Source: Raillietiella orientalis
Lineage: Eukaryota
Length of the DNA stretch: 64,000 nt
Assembly: GCA_036172245.1 (NCBI GenBank)
Contig: JAYWIR010000010.1
Coordinates: forward strand, 3,658,001 to 3,722,000
Reading direction: 5' to 3'
Made by a program: the position numbers and the translations under genes. The notes beneath the pieces were generated by a model. That model saw only the letters and a program-made list of their open reading frames with translations. It was not told where the DNA came from and did no database searches. Positions 39,751 through 50,449 of this stretch are shown piece by piece (the first letter of the stretch is position 1; each line of letters starts with the position of its first letter).

Positions 39751-39850
39751 TCTTTCTTTCGCTCCTCCTCCACCCACGCGGGTGGAGACGCCCCGAGAGC
39801 GCTTCCCTCGTGCTCTCCACCTCCTTCTGTCGAAACGAACCATCGCTTAC

Positions 39851-40440
39851 CATCTCTTGGAACAGCGAGGACACGAAGACTTGCACGACGGTCAGCAGGC
39901 CGTGGTCGTAGAACTTTTTGGCCAGGAATATCTTGACGGCGTCTTTCAAGGTCGCGTTCACCTCATGGTTGCGAGGCATGTTGAAAACATTGCGCAGGTG
40001 AGCCTCCATGCTCTTGCCGTCGACTTTCAGGGACGGCTTCTTGCGCCTTTCCTTCCGGTATTTGTGTAGTATGCTCTCTCCCTTCCCCTCCGCACTGCTG
40101 GCTTTCTTGCTGTCGTTCCCGGGGGATCTCTGGGAGCACTGCCCGGACGAGGAACTCCTGCGCGCGGAGAAAATGTCTTGCATGAACGTCTCCTTCTTCT
40201 GTTCGCCTCCTGGGACTGTGTTCATGGACAGGAGGAGGACCTTGGAGATGGACGTGCTCGTGAGTTTGTAGGTCTGGGATTGGTGGATGGAATTCCACTT
40301 GGCGTCGGTGTTCTTGAAGTAGGTCGCGATCCACTCTATCAGGAGGGGACGGTACTCCTCCTTCATTATCATGTTGCTGATGTCGACTTTGATGATGTTT
40401 TCTATCGATCCTGGAGGGGTGTAGAGCTGTCCTCCAACAC
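39851..40440 (-). CDS. Uninterrupted 590-nt exon of an unassigned gene
   Basis: Polypyrimidine/CAG acceptor at 40441 and GTAAGC donor at 39850. Strong GC3 bias; encodes VGGQLYTPPGSIENIIKVDISNMIMKEEYRPLLIEWIATYF...LKDAVKIFLAKKFYDHGLLTVVQVFVSSLFQEM. Confidence 0.65.
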
Positions 40441-41242
40441 CTGCAGGGGGAACAAACCAAAATGAATGGAGAGGAAAAAGAAGGAAAAAAAAACAAAGGG
40501 AAGAAAGTGGGAAAAGGAGTGAGAGAGGGAGCAGTGAGAGTCTTCACTGAGCACAGCTGCCTCCCCCTGGGATGTGAAGTCGACTGATAATGTGCCAAGG
40601 TTGAGTATCAGCAATCGGTCTCAAAGACCGGGGGAGGGAGGAGAAGCGTGGGTCCCCGTTTCCTCAGCAAGGTGCGAGTGAGGGTGTAGACGGGGATAGA
40701 AGAGGAGACGGGAAGGTCAGGGAACCCCTCTTCCTGCCCCATTCCTATCTCGCCCTTGAGTGAGGGAGAAGGAAGGCACGAGCTGCTGTAGACTCAGCGC
40801 TTGTAGACGTCGGAGCACCGCGGACCTCAAGGCAACGCCCGCGAAGCCGAGGAGCTCAGAGGCGCGCGCCATCAGGAGCTCCAGCCAACCCGTGAGGGGA
40901 GGAAGGGAGGGAAGGGAGGGCTCATGAGGTCGCCCCTGAGGGCTGTAGACAGGAAGGCGCCTGCTCTCTCAGTACCCGCAAGGTGGCGGCAGGCGCGCGT
41001 GGTCCAGCGAAGGAGGTGGCAGCTGAAGAGCACCGTTGCGAGAGACCTCAAGGGACTGAGATTCGCTCCGTCTGCATCCACGCTGGTGCGGCAGCGCATC
41101 GGGCGGGGGTACGGGCGCCGAGAGGCGGGCCTTGCCGGAGCGAGGGGCGGGTCGGAGACGCTGAGCCAGCCGAGTATCCCCTTTTTTGATCCTGGAGGAC
41201 CTAATCCGAGCCCCGGGGAGATCAAAGGGAGAAACTCTTAAC

Positions 41243-41387
41243 CTTCTCGAGCTCTCGGGACATGCGCTGTTTCGGAATGACGCACAGGTTATCGTAGTTG
41301 GCCAGTGAGGGCGTGGGGAAAAGGATGAGGGCGTACTGGCAGCCGAAGGGAACGTGGAGGAGGTGCATCCTGCCGGATCCGACGATA
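41243..41387 (-). CDS. Probable exon of an unassigned gene
   Basis: AG/GT-bounded open frame IVGSGRMHLLHVPFGCQYALILFPTPSLANYDNLCVIPKQRMSRELEK with GC3-rich codons. Confidence 0.5.
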
Positions 41388-42265
41388 CTGAAGTCGGAGC
41401 AGACAGGGAGAGCTCAGCTTTCGGCGTGGGAGCTTCCCCTCCCCCCCTGCACTTGCGGAGGTCGTCGGACTGCGTCACACTCGGAACGTTCCTTCTGGGC
41501 CGAGGAACCACAGGCTGTCGGACCGGGAGGCCACGCGTCATCCCGGTGTTTCTCTTTTCGGGAATGCGCGGGACGAACACTGCCGGAAACAGATTTTCCT
41601 TTTCCGGCTCCCCCGGCCGCGGAGGTTCTGTTTCAGCGTGCCGCCGCCCTCTCCCCTTCCCCCTCGGTCCTCCCAGACACTTCCTCCTCTTCCCTTCCTC
41701 CTTTGCTCCCTCTTCCTCTTCCCGCCAGCGAGTGGAGCGCCCCCCATCGCCTCCGGGGTCGCATAGGCAGAAGGGTCCCCGCCTTCCCCCAATCCGCAGG
41801 CCGCTGCGGCGAGCCGCGAGCAGTCGGCGCCCGCACACTTTCCCCGCCCACTTTTTCGGAAGGCCTTGCGCACGGGCAGTATCGTAGGCGTGGAAGGCGA
41901 CTGAGCCGCGATTATTGCTAGTTGAAAAGTTTTCCAGAATGGAAGAGCGGAGCACGCGGAACGCACGCTTTGCGGTCATGCGTACCGCCCGCGCCACAGA
42001 GGGCAGGCATTCCTCCTAGTCCTCCTTCCGCTGGTCAGGGAGTTCGGCCATCGGGAAGCGCTCCGCCAACAAAACTGACGGCCAGGATTGTCCCTTCCCC
42101 ATCCCCTCCCCCTTCCATGGCTGAAAGCTGGCGGCTGTGCGCGACGTCCCAACGGCGTGCGTGTTCCTCCGTTCCATCGGCAACAGCGGACTGACCCCTT
42201 TTGCTTCCTGCGATTCGAAAGCTTTCTGCGTGCCTTCCTCCGACTTCCTCTTGCTCGAGGGCATG

Positions 42266-43740
42266 TCACGTGGACGTACTCGGATGGCACCGGTCCGACT
42301 GTTGGGTTGGGTGAGGCAGCGGATTTATATCGGCAAGCCTCCCAATCAGGAGGGTGCTGAAGCGAGCAAGGTATCCAGGAAGAGCGTTCCGTAGGCCACA
42401 GACTCCCCACGCCTGCGCAGGATGGCGCTCTCTGTCTCCACGTGACCGCTCACGTAGCTTTCGTTGGGGCAGCCGCCGCAAGAAACGGCGGAAATTCGCC
42501 TGGCGGGGAGGGGACGCAGGAAGTTGGTCGGGAGCGTGAAAGAAGGTTCTTCGCGGTGAGCCGGGGCCTAGCGGCTCAGGGCGTGCGCGGGCGTACTTCC
42601 GCACGTCGAGGGCTGACAGCAAGTCTTCCAGGGGCTTTCCGTAGATCTGCGGAAGGGTGGAGACCTACGGGACGAGGCTCTTAGGCCGCGAGGTGCGGAA
42701 TCTGAGGAACCACCAGCGCACGTTGTCGGGCGGAAACCGTAGTCGAAAGGAGAGGGGTCATGCAAAGCTGAAAGAGGTCGTCTTCTGCAGATGGCTTGAA
42801 TGAGTCTTTGTTTTACCGTTGCGATACCGCTTTCAAGCCGAATGGAGCGGTCTGCTCCAGCGACCGTTTTTACTCCGCCCCGCTAGTGGTTCTCGTGTGG
42901 TTGAGAAAGGGGAAGAAAAAAAATGGGAAAAGTCGAAATTCTACCCGAGGGGATGTCCAGCGCAGAGCGTTTTCTGCCGGAAGGAGGGAGCTGCCCATGG
43001 GCAGAGAGAGGATTCTAAAAGAGGAAGAGGAGAACGGCAAAGAAAGAGAGGGTCTTCAAGCATTCTTGCTGCGCATGCGCTATGAGCGGCCACACAGCTG
43101 AAGTGCAGTGCGCAGATCTCTGGTGGAAGCAGTGCCTTGTGCGCGAGCTGTGCACTTTCGGAACAGCCAGAGCGACGATGAGAAAGGGAACCTTCTACGA
43201 AAAAGTCACGGGAGGCCAACGTGCAAGTGGAAGAGATTCGAAGAGGAAAAAAGTGGTTCTTCTCGACAAGAGGTGTCCTTCCCTCTTAGGGAGGAACGTT
43301 CTTCCTTCTTCCTTTGACGTTCTGCTCTTCCTCTTTTGGAGCCCTCTCTCTGCCCAAGGGCAGCTCCCTCCTCCTTCTGGGAGAAAGAGACCTTCCCCTC
43401 CTCCCTCCACGGCTCCTCGCCTTGATCGCAGCTCAATCCACCCGGTCTTTCTCCACGAACCGAGTCGGATTCCCGCCGCGCCCTTCGATTCTCTTTCGCG
43501 CCACCGCCCCCAGAGGTTTTTCCCCGCCTGCGTCGGGCTCTCGCACCCCGCGAAGTTCCGTAGCCTAAAATTCGCCCGGTTCAGCTGGACTTCCGGGACG
43601 CTTTGGACTGCTGCCGCTGCCGTTCTCTCGTTCCCGAAAGGTTGGGTTGCACGAGCCAGTAGAGAGGGTTGCCAGTTGGGTTGCCTTCCTCTTGCACTTG
43701 CTCGGGATCGCAACTGCGATCCTCCTTCTTCCACGAGGAC
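42266..43740 (-). pseudogene. Relic B of the unassigned gene (paralogous to relic A)
   Basis: PDNVRWWFLRFR..LVP*VSTLPQIYGKPLEDLLSALDVRKYARARPEPLGPGSP (~42735-42550) and EVQLNRANFRLRNFAGCESPTQAGKNLWGRW (~43595-43500) match relic A peptides in the same order. One stop and frameshifts are present. Confidence 0.55.
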
Positions 43741-45702
43741 GCCAGCTGGCGGAGAGCAAGCTCCTCGTCCTCCCGGAATGCAAGAGGGAGGCAGGACCGG
43801 CAGGTAACCCCCCGAGCTCTACCTTTGGTCTCCCAAGTAGCCTTCGAAGGTGTCACCGATAACTTCACTCCCTCACCTCCTTCTTCCCTTCCTTTCCCAA
43901 CGGAGCGACCGATCCACTAGAGTTGCCTCCGGACTCCCGGTGTCGGCTCATGTAGTTCTCCTGCTTCGCCCCGTGGTCTCCGCTTCCTTTTGCAAGAGGC
44001 CCCCGAGACGAATGGTTCTTCCGACGAAAAGACGAAAGTGGAGGAAGCAGGGAGCTCGCTCGCGCGCAGGAGCTAGGGCAGCGGGTGGGGATGAGTTGGG
44101 TGGGACGGGAGAAGAGACTGCGGGCGTTGTGGCTTTTCGGAAGGTGAGCGTGGACGCCTCCTCCTTCCCCGAGAGGTCTGTCAGAGGGAGGCAGGCGGCG
44201 GCTGCTTCTCGGCAGTTCCGGAGGCGTTTCGGGGGAGCTTTCGCCCGCAACCCCTTTTGGGAGATCTTCCCTCCCAACCACCTTCCCGTTTCCCGCACGA
44301 TTCCCGCTCGCGCGATCCCGGCGCCGTCGGGGTCTCGCGGCAGCGCCAGAAGGCGCGCGCGAGAGAGGCCGGGCCGTCCGCCGCTCGCAGGGTCGCGGAC
44401 TCTCCGAAGGCGCTTCAGGAGGGACGGTGGTTCGGATCGCACTGCTGGCTGCCGTCCAGTCGCCGAGATGGCGAGGGACTCGCTGGCGTTCCCGGAAGGA
44501 GGGACTGTTCGCTTGTCTCCCCTACCTGCCAGCAGCAGCTCCAGGGTGGGAAGATGACCAGCAGGAGGAGTGCTTCAGGCGACCTTTCAGACCGCCTCAG
44601 ATTTGCCCCAGGACAGAGCCAGAAGGATGGAAACTCGGTAAAGGAATAAGGTGATCTCCAGCGAAAGGGCGGGGAGCGGAGGCTCCGAAGTCCAGAAATC
44701 CCGAAAAAGCCAGTGAGACGCACCTGAGCGGTACTCCAAGGCCAGACACCCGCAGGGGGAGGGATCCCGAGCGGCGTCGGGGGGAAGCAGCCGTCCGGGC
44801 GAGCAGGAGGAGAAACAGAACCGAAAGACTCTCTTTCGCCAGCCCATTTCCTACCATCCTTCTCTCTTCCCTCCCCCAGGAGCCGAGGGGGAAGAGACAG
44901 CCCCTCTGGAGGAGAGGCGTGATAACTGGTCCCTCGCAACGGCGGTCTTCGCTAAACAGGAACGCCTGGCCGCACCGGTGTGCATACGCGCGAGCCGCGG
45001 GGGTCCGTTCTTCCGCGAGGAAGCGCGGGAGAGGGGCAGCCTCCAGCACCTGCCTCAGGGCTGGGAGGGACTAGATAAGGAACGGGAAGACGGAATTGGA
45101 TCCTGTCCTCGCCTCGGACAGGGAGGTGCGGGGGGGGGGGGTGGATGGGAGGAAAGAGGGGGACGTCTTCTCCTTCCTCTCCCTCCGGAACGCCTCCCTG
45201 TTGCGCGCCAAGGAAGATTTTCGATGACCCCCTCCTACACCCCTCCACCATCTTCCTCATCCCCTCACCCAAGAGAAGGGGAGAAGTGGCTGCAGGAGTT
45301 CCAGCCGCCTCCCCCACTACGGCCTCCGCTGGACCTGCTCCGGATGGTGCGTCCAGGAGACGGAGGGGAAGGAGGAGGAGGATTCCTCCCGTCCAGAGGG
45401 AAGGGAGAGAAGGGAATGCGGGGTGAACCCCGAACCCTGCTCAGACCTCGGGCTCCATGTCTGAACGCCCTCCGGGAGGGACGGATGCGGGTGACCTTTC
45501 CCCGGGCGTTGCCTTTCCGAGAGATCCCGGGGAGTCTCGTCGAGGTACTATCCCCGGGGAGGGAGGGATCAGAAGGGAAGGAGAGAGAGGGCAGAGAAGG
45601 GACCTCGGACCTCGACCCTGTCCCTCGCAGCACGCCGCAGGGCTCACTTCCCCGGTTCTCCGGTGGCGTTGCTGCCGTCACCGCCACTCTCCTTACCTGC
45701 GT

Positions 45703-45724
45703 GCAGCAGCAGCAGCAGCAGCAG
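45703..45724. repeat. (CAG)n trinucleotide tract
   Basis: GCAGCAGCAGCAGCAGCAGCAG is directly visible. Confidence 0.9.
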
Positions 45725-46339
45725 AGGCAACAAAGTGTAGGCGCAGAGCCCTGGCGGCGCCATCGTCTTCGGGCTCTTCAGGCTCCCTCCGGAGGCCTCC
45801 TCATCGGGCGGGCAGGGCTTTGCAGGGAAGGAAGGGGAGGGGAAGGGGGAGCACTTTGGCAGGGGGGGGGAGTGACGCTGGCGGCACGATGCGGCGGCGA
45901 CCTCCCTCCTCCCGGACGGTGCAGAGACGGCGGTGGGCAGCGCAAGGAGGAGAATCGACTCTGCCGCCCTCTCTCTCCTTCTTCTTCTTTTTCTTCCTTC
46001 CCCTCCTCCTCCCCCTCCTCCTGACCGCGCGGCTCGAGCGAGGAGGGGCAGCAGTTCTCAGGCAGCGCGCGTAGCGATGACAACGCAGACTCCGCGCGTG
46101 CGCAGGGCTCTCCCGCCTGGGGAGCTTCCCCGGTAGCCGGAGGAAGGGGGAAGAGGCGGGGAAGAGGACAAAGGGGAGAAGAGAGGGGCAGCTGGGAGCG
46201 ATCGCCCGCGGACGCGCCGACGTCACGGTGATGCCACGCCGGCATCACGAGCGAGGCAGCTCGGACAAGGAGGGGGGGAGGAGGAAGAGGAAACCGTTGC
46301 CGCCGCCGCTGCCTGCGCGCAAACCAGAGGGCAGCCACT

Positions 46340-46780
46340 CGCTGACCTACAAAAGTGCCTGGGCTTTGTCCGCTGCCCTCCGGCACGCCGATCCCGCCGG
46401 CGGGCGAACGGCCGAGATGGAGGAAGGGGGAGAGGTGGCGCTTCACGGCGCCTCTGGGAGGGGTCCGATCGAGTGGAGGAGCCACGGACGGGATGCGGAG
46501 CTCCTGGAGAGGGGGAAGGGAGAGAGGGAGGACTTGAGGAGTTCGTTTGAAGACCAGAGAGCCGGGGAGGTGAGGAGAGGAGGGGGCTGATCAGAGGCTA
46601 CCAGAAGACGCGTGCCCTCCAGGGAAGCTTTCGCGAGGGCGAGGCTTCCGATGGTGCGGGGTCTCCCTTCCCTTCCGTACAGTTCCCGCACCCATCGCGA
46701 TGAAGGTCAGAGTGGGACGCTTTCGGTCCACGGGTGGAGGGTGCTCGCGGAGAGGATGAGAGGCGTGCGATGTCGACTCC
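46340..46780 (+). pseudogene. Possible Tpt1/KptA (RNA 2'-phosphotransferase)-like relic
   Basis: Ordered resemblance: AWALSAALRH...EMEEGGEVAL, then TRALQGSF and GTLSVHGWRVL in shifted frames, versus SKALSYALRH...MGADGFVPL, IRANQGHS and HGT...W..I. Confidence 0.3.
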
Positions 46781-48189
46781 CGGGTCGCCAGGCATCGCCA
46801 GTGGAACCTCCTCAACAGGGAGAGGTGTAGACTGAGCTTCTGACTGCCCGTTCCTTGGGGGCGGGAGAGAGCCCTCTAGGGCGCCTCGCTGCGGGGGAGT
46901 AACCAAGGGGCTCTTTCCGAAAGTCCTCCTTTCCCGGAGTAGCGCCCCGCCTCCGGAGGCGATCCTTTTGGGGAGAGAGCCGGTCTGCCCCACGACTCCT
47001 GAGGTTGGTGGGTGTGCGCAGCTCCTCCACTCTTTGTTCTACCCTATTCTCTCCAGTCCCGCGGACTGCCCATCTTCCCTCCCCAGGGCTGCCTAGTAAC
47101 CCGACCTCCTGGGAGAGAAACGGCCGTGCCTTTGGGGCAAATGCACCCGCCTACGAAGGGTCAGCAGTCCGCGCAGAGAGGCTCCAAGCCCCAGGGACAA
47201 AACGCTCATCTTCCTGGTGTCCAGCTTCCTCCCTCGAGCCTCCCGCCGTTCCCTACTCCGGTCCATTCGGATGTAGATCTCCCTCTAGTCTTCCTCGCAT
47301 GGGAGCTTCATTTTCTGGAAGACCAGGGGAAGGAGTGGTCGCTGTTTGCTCCCGAATCTTCTGGAAAGCCTGGGGTTTCGCAGATTTCCCAAGAGGGAAG
47401 AAACGGACCAAAGATGAGCTGAAAGAAGAGCATCTCGTGGGTGGCGATGAACCTCCCACCCACAGCCCTCTGTTGGCCCGCCGATCTTCCACCTCCTTCT
47501 CTGCGTGCACTAACAAAGTCAAATCTACTTTTCCTGTTGCCCACATTCCTGCTGCTAATCAGCATTCCTCCTATTTATATGCATTGCTGCTGCCAGTATT
47601 CCACCTATAAATCAACATTCTTGCTGCTAATGTTTCTGTCGCCGATGTCCCTGCCGCTTCCGACTCGTCAGCAGTTGGAAGGTTTTCGCGTTCCCTCTCG
47701 GAAGCGATGCGAAAATCTTTCCTGCGCATCCGGAAAGCGAGAGGGACGCTGGAGCAGAAACGAGGGATGGAACGAATCAAGGCGTCATCTCTCGAAAACA
47801 AGGAGGGACGAGTGACGCACGGGGACGCGCTCACCCGGAAAACTCGCTGCCCCTCTTCCTTCGTGCACAAGAGACTCGGTAACGGTGCTTTCGTCTTCAT
47901 TGCGGGTGCTCTCAGAGGCATACCTGTTGAATGCACCTCCGCGGAGGACGGAGGCGGTGCGAATGCGGCTGGAGGCTCAATCTCCTGGGTGCGTGAAACT
48001 GCGCCTGTTGCCTCCCGGGGGAAACCGAGCATCCCAGAGCCCGCGGCATAAATTCAGAAGGGGCGGAACTTTCTCTGCGTCCTCTTTTGCGGGCTGACTG
48101 GCGTCCTTTTCTTTTCTTTCCCTTTCCTCTACTCCTCCGGGTGCTGCTGGGCACTCGCCGTGTCGTTTCACGCTACGCCCAGTTGGGGA

Positions 48190-48780
48190 AGCGTCTCATG
48201 ACCCCCTCGTTGCGCAACTTCCGTCCCGTGCTACTTCTCAGCGCTAGCAGGCTTTCCAGAACCAGAAAGGGAAAGAAGCTTTGGACGTCCTTTGTCCCTT
48301 ACTTGGACTTCCGCTCTTTTGCTGCGTCCTTTCCTCGCGGCAGATGAGGAGAGAAGCGAAAGAACGAGCGACGACCATTCTCACAAGGCCGCTGCTCCGA
48401 CTCGCGCGTCCCGAGAAGTATTTTCGTGGACAGGCAAGTTGGCGCTAACGGATTGGAGCGCGCTGTCTTCCCAAATCGCATCCGCATTCCTGCACGCCCG
48501 CCCATGCTCCCTTCATTGGAGCGTTGACCGCATCCCGAGCAGCGAGGAAGCGACTCGAAGCGATGAGAAGAGCCGTTTGGAAGGCTTCCCATGTGCGCCA
48601 CATCGTCCCATGCACGCAGTCACGTGGATGGATCCGTGCCGAAACTCCCGGAAAGTGTGACTCCCTCTCGCAAAGCAGGGAGCCCCATGGAGAAGAGAGG
48701 ATCCCCACGGACGTCGTTCCGAAGTCTTCCGGGACGTTTTCTGATCGCAGGGCACCTCACGCGGACATGCGGAAGCTTCG
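48190..48780 (+). mobile_element. Possible ancient non-LTR reverse transcriptase remnant
   Basis: RNFRPVLLLS resembles NYRPISLLS and PFSQGRCSD resembles GFR.GRST.D; later motifs are ambiguous. Confidence 0.25.
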
Positions 48781-50449
48781 AAATCCACGGACAAAGGAGC
48801 CCGAGGAGCACCGGAGCCAGCGATCCCGTGGTCGGCAGGCATCACGACAGCGGCGGGGCACATTTCTTGCGGAGCGAATTTCCTTCCCGGACAAAGCGCG
48901 TGCCTTGCATGAAACAAGGATCGATAAGAGATGGGCACTGCAGTGCAGGCAGGGATTGTGGGCTTCCGCTGTCCGGGAAGACCCCAGCATTCGCGGCGAG
49001 GTAGCCCGGACCAGCCGCGCCTCGATCGCTGGCGCCACCTTGAGCTGGCGTGCAGCGCCCGTTTCGCGTGGCGCCCCTCCGTGACGCGCGCTCGTGGTCG
49101 CGCAGGAGCGGTGGGTTCAACCTGAGCGGCGGAGACGTCTCCCTGGCGTCGGTGGTGCGCCGTCTCGCAGGATGGCAGCCTCTTCGACGTCACCGAACCG
49201 GTCACCCGAGCAAGACAGCCGGGGGATGGGTTTGAGGGTGTGTGTGTGTGTGCTTTCGTAGGAGCGACGGTTCTAAAATTCCAAACCTCGTCTGGATTTT
49301 CATACGAGGATGCGTGTTTTCGTGCAGTACCTATTTGCGACTGCATTGGTGGCTTCCGAAAGGGAGCTCCCACGAACAACGATGCCTCTCTGTATCGGAA
49401 AGCGTCTCAGCGTCACATGACAAAGGAAAAGAAAAAACAGGAAAAGCGAAAATGGATCGGACAACGATGCGTGCACGAAAACACGTCGTGTAGGCAGACA
49501 CGAATAAATGCGTGCGGTTTGCGTGTAAGATGGCGATCGGAACTCCGCGGACGAGCCCCGTCTAAAAAAACATGGCGCGTTGGTGGGAAACACGGTGACA
49601 GAGAATGCTCTTTCAGCACCTCGTCAGCTGCGGGCTGCAGGCGAGGAATCGCCGCATCTGCTGGTGCATCGTGGATGCGTATGCGGCAGGTTCACAGCAT
49701 CACGTTCTAATAACGCGCTGCGATTTTAGGCTTCTTTTTTCTTTCTTCCTTTTTTTTTTGCCTGGTGACGCATGCAAATCTCCTGAGGGAAGCTGCTCGA
49801 GCCAGCAAAACGCTGGCTATCACCTTGGAGAGCCTTCTAAAAATATACGCGATGATGTGAGAGCTCGAGAACCTGCATTGTTGCCGGTTAATGGGGATGA
49901 CGTCAATGGGAGGGGGGGGGGCGAAGCTGACGACTGCAAGCTGATACGCGCTTCGCGAGCGCCCCGCATTGTTGGCGCTTGCGGCGTGCACTCAAAGCTC
50001 GCTTGCGGCCCTCCCGGTGCCTCTAGCGGGGAGTCGGCGGGAGCCGGCGCGCGTTCCTCCCGAAAGGTTCAGACCTCGCTTTCGGCTGGGTTCAAAAGAG
50101 CTTGGCGCAACTGGTACGAGAAAAACTCCGGGACGAGAGAAAGAACAAAAAAGAGAGGGAGAAGATTGGTATTTTCAGCTCGCGAGCATCAATCGATGAG
50201 GTTGTGGATGTGCGAGGAAAGGATGAAGAAGTCCGACCAGACCCGACTATTCGCAGGAAGTTACGAGCCCTCTCCGGGAAGATCCCGTGTGCTCGGATGA
50301 GCTCCGGAAAGGGGTGAAGAGGGGGAAGACCTTGGGAGAGACCACGCGAGGACGGCGAGAACGGTAATCCAAGGTCCGTCGCTCGCAGGGAAACCACCAC
50401 AAGGGTTCCACTTCGGCGCCGGTTCTGCGTGCTTCGTGGAGACCACGGG

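Noticed and set aside
40969..49379. Long Arg/Gly/Pro-rich ORFs in the ORF track (e.g. 44978..46024, 48513..49379)
   Set aside because: Expected from stop-codon scarcity in GC-rich DNA; they overlap on both strands and lack recognisable domains.
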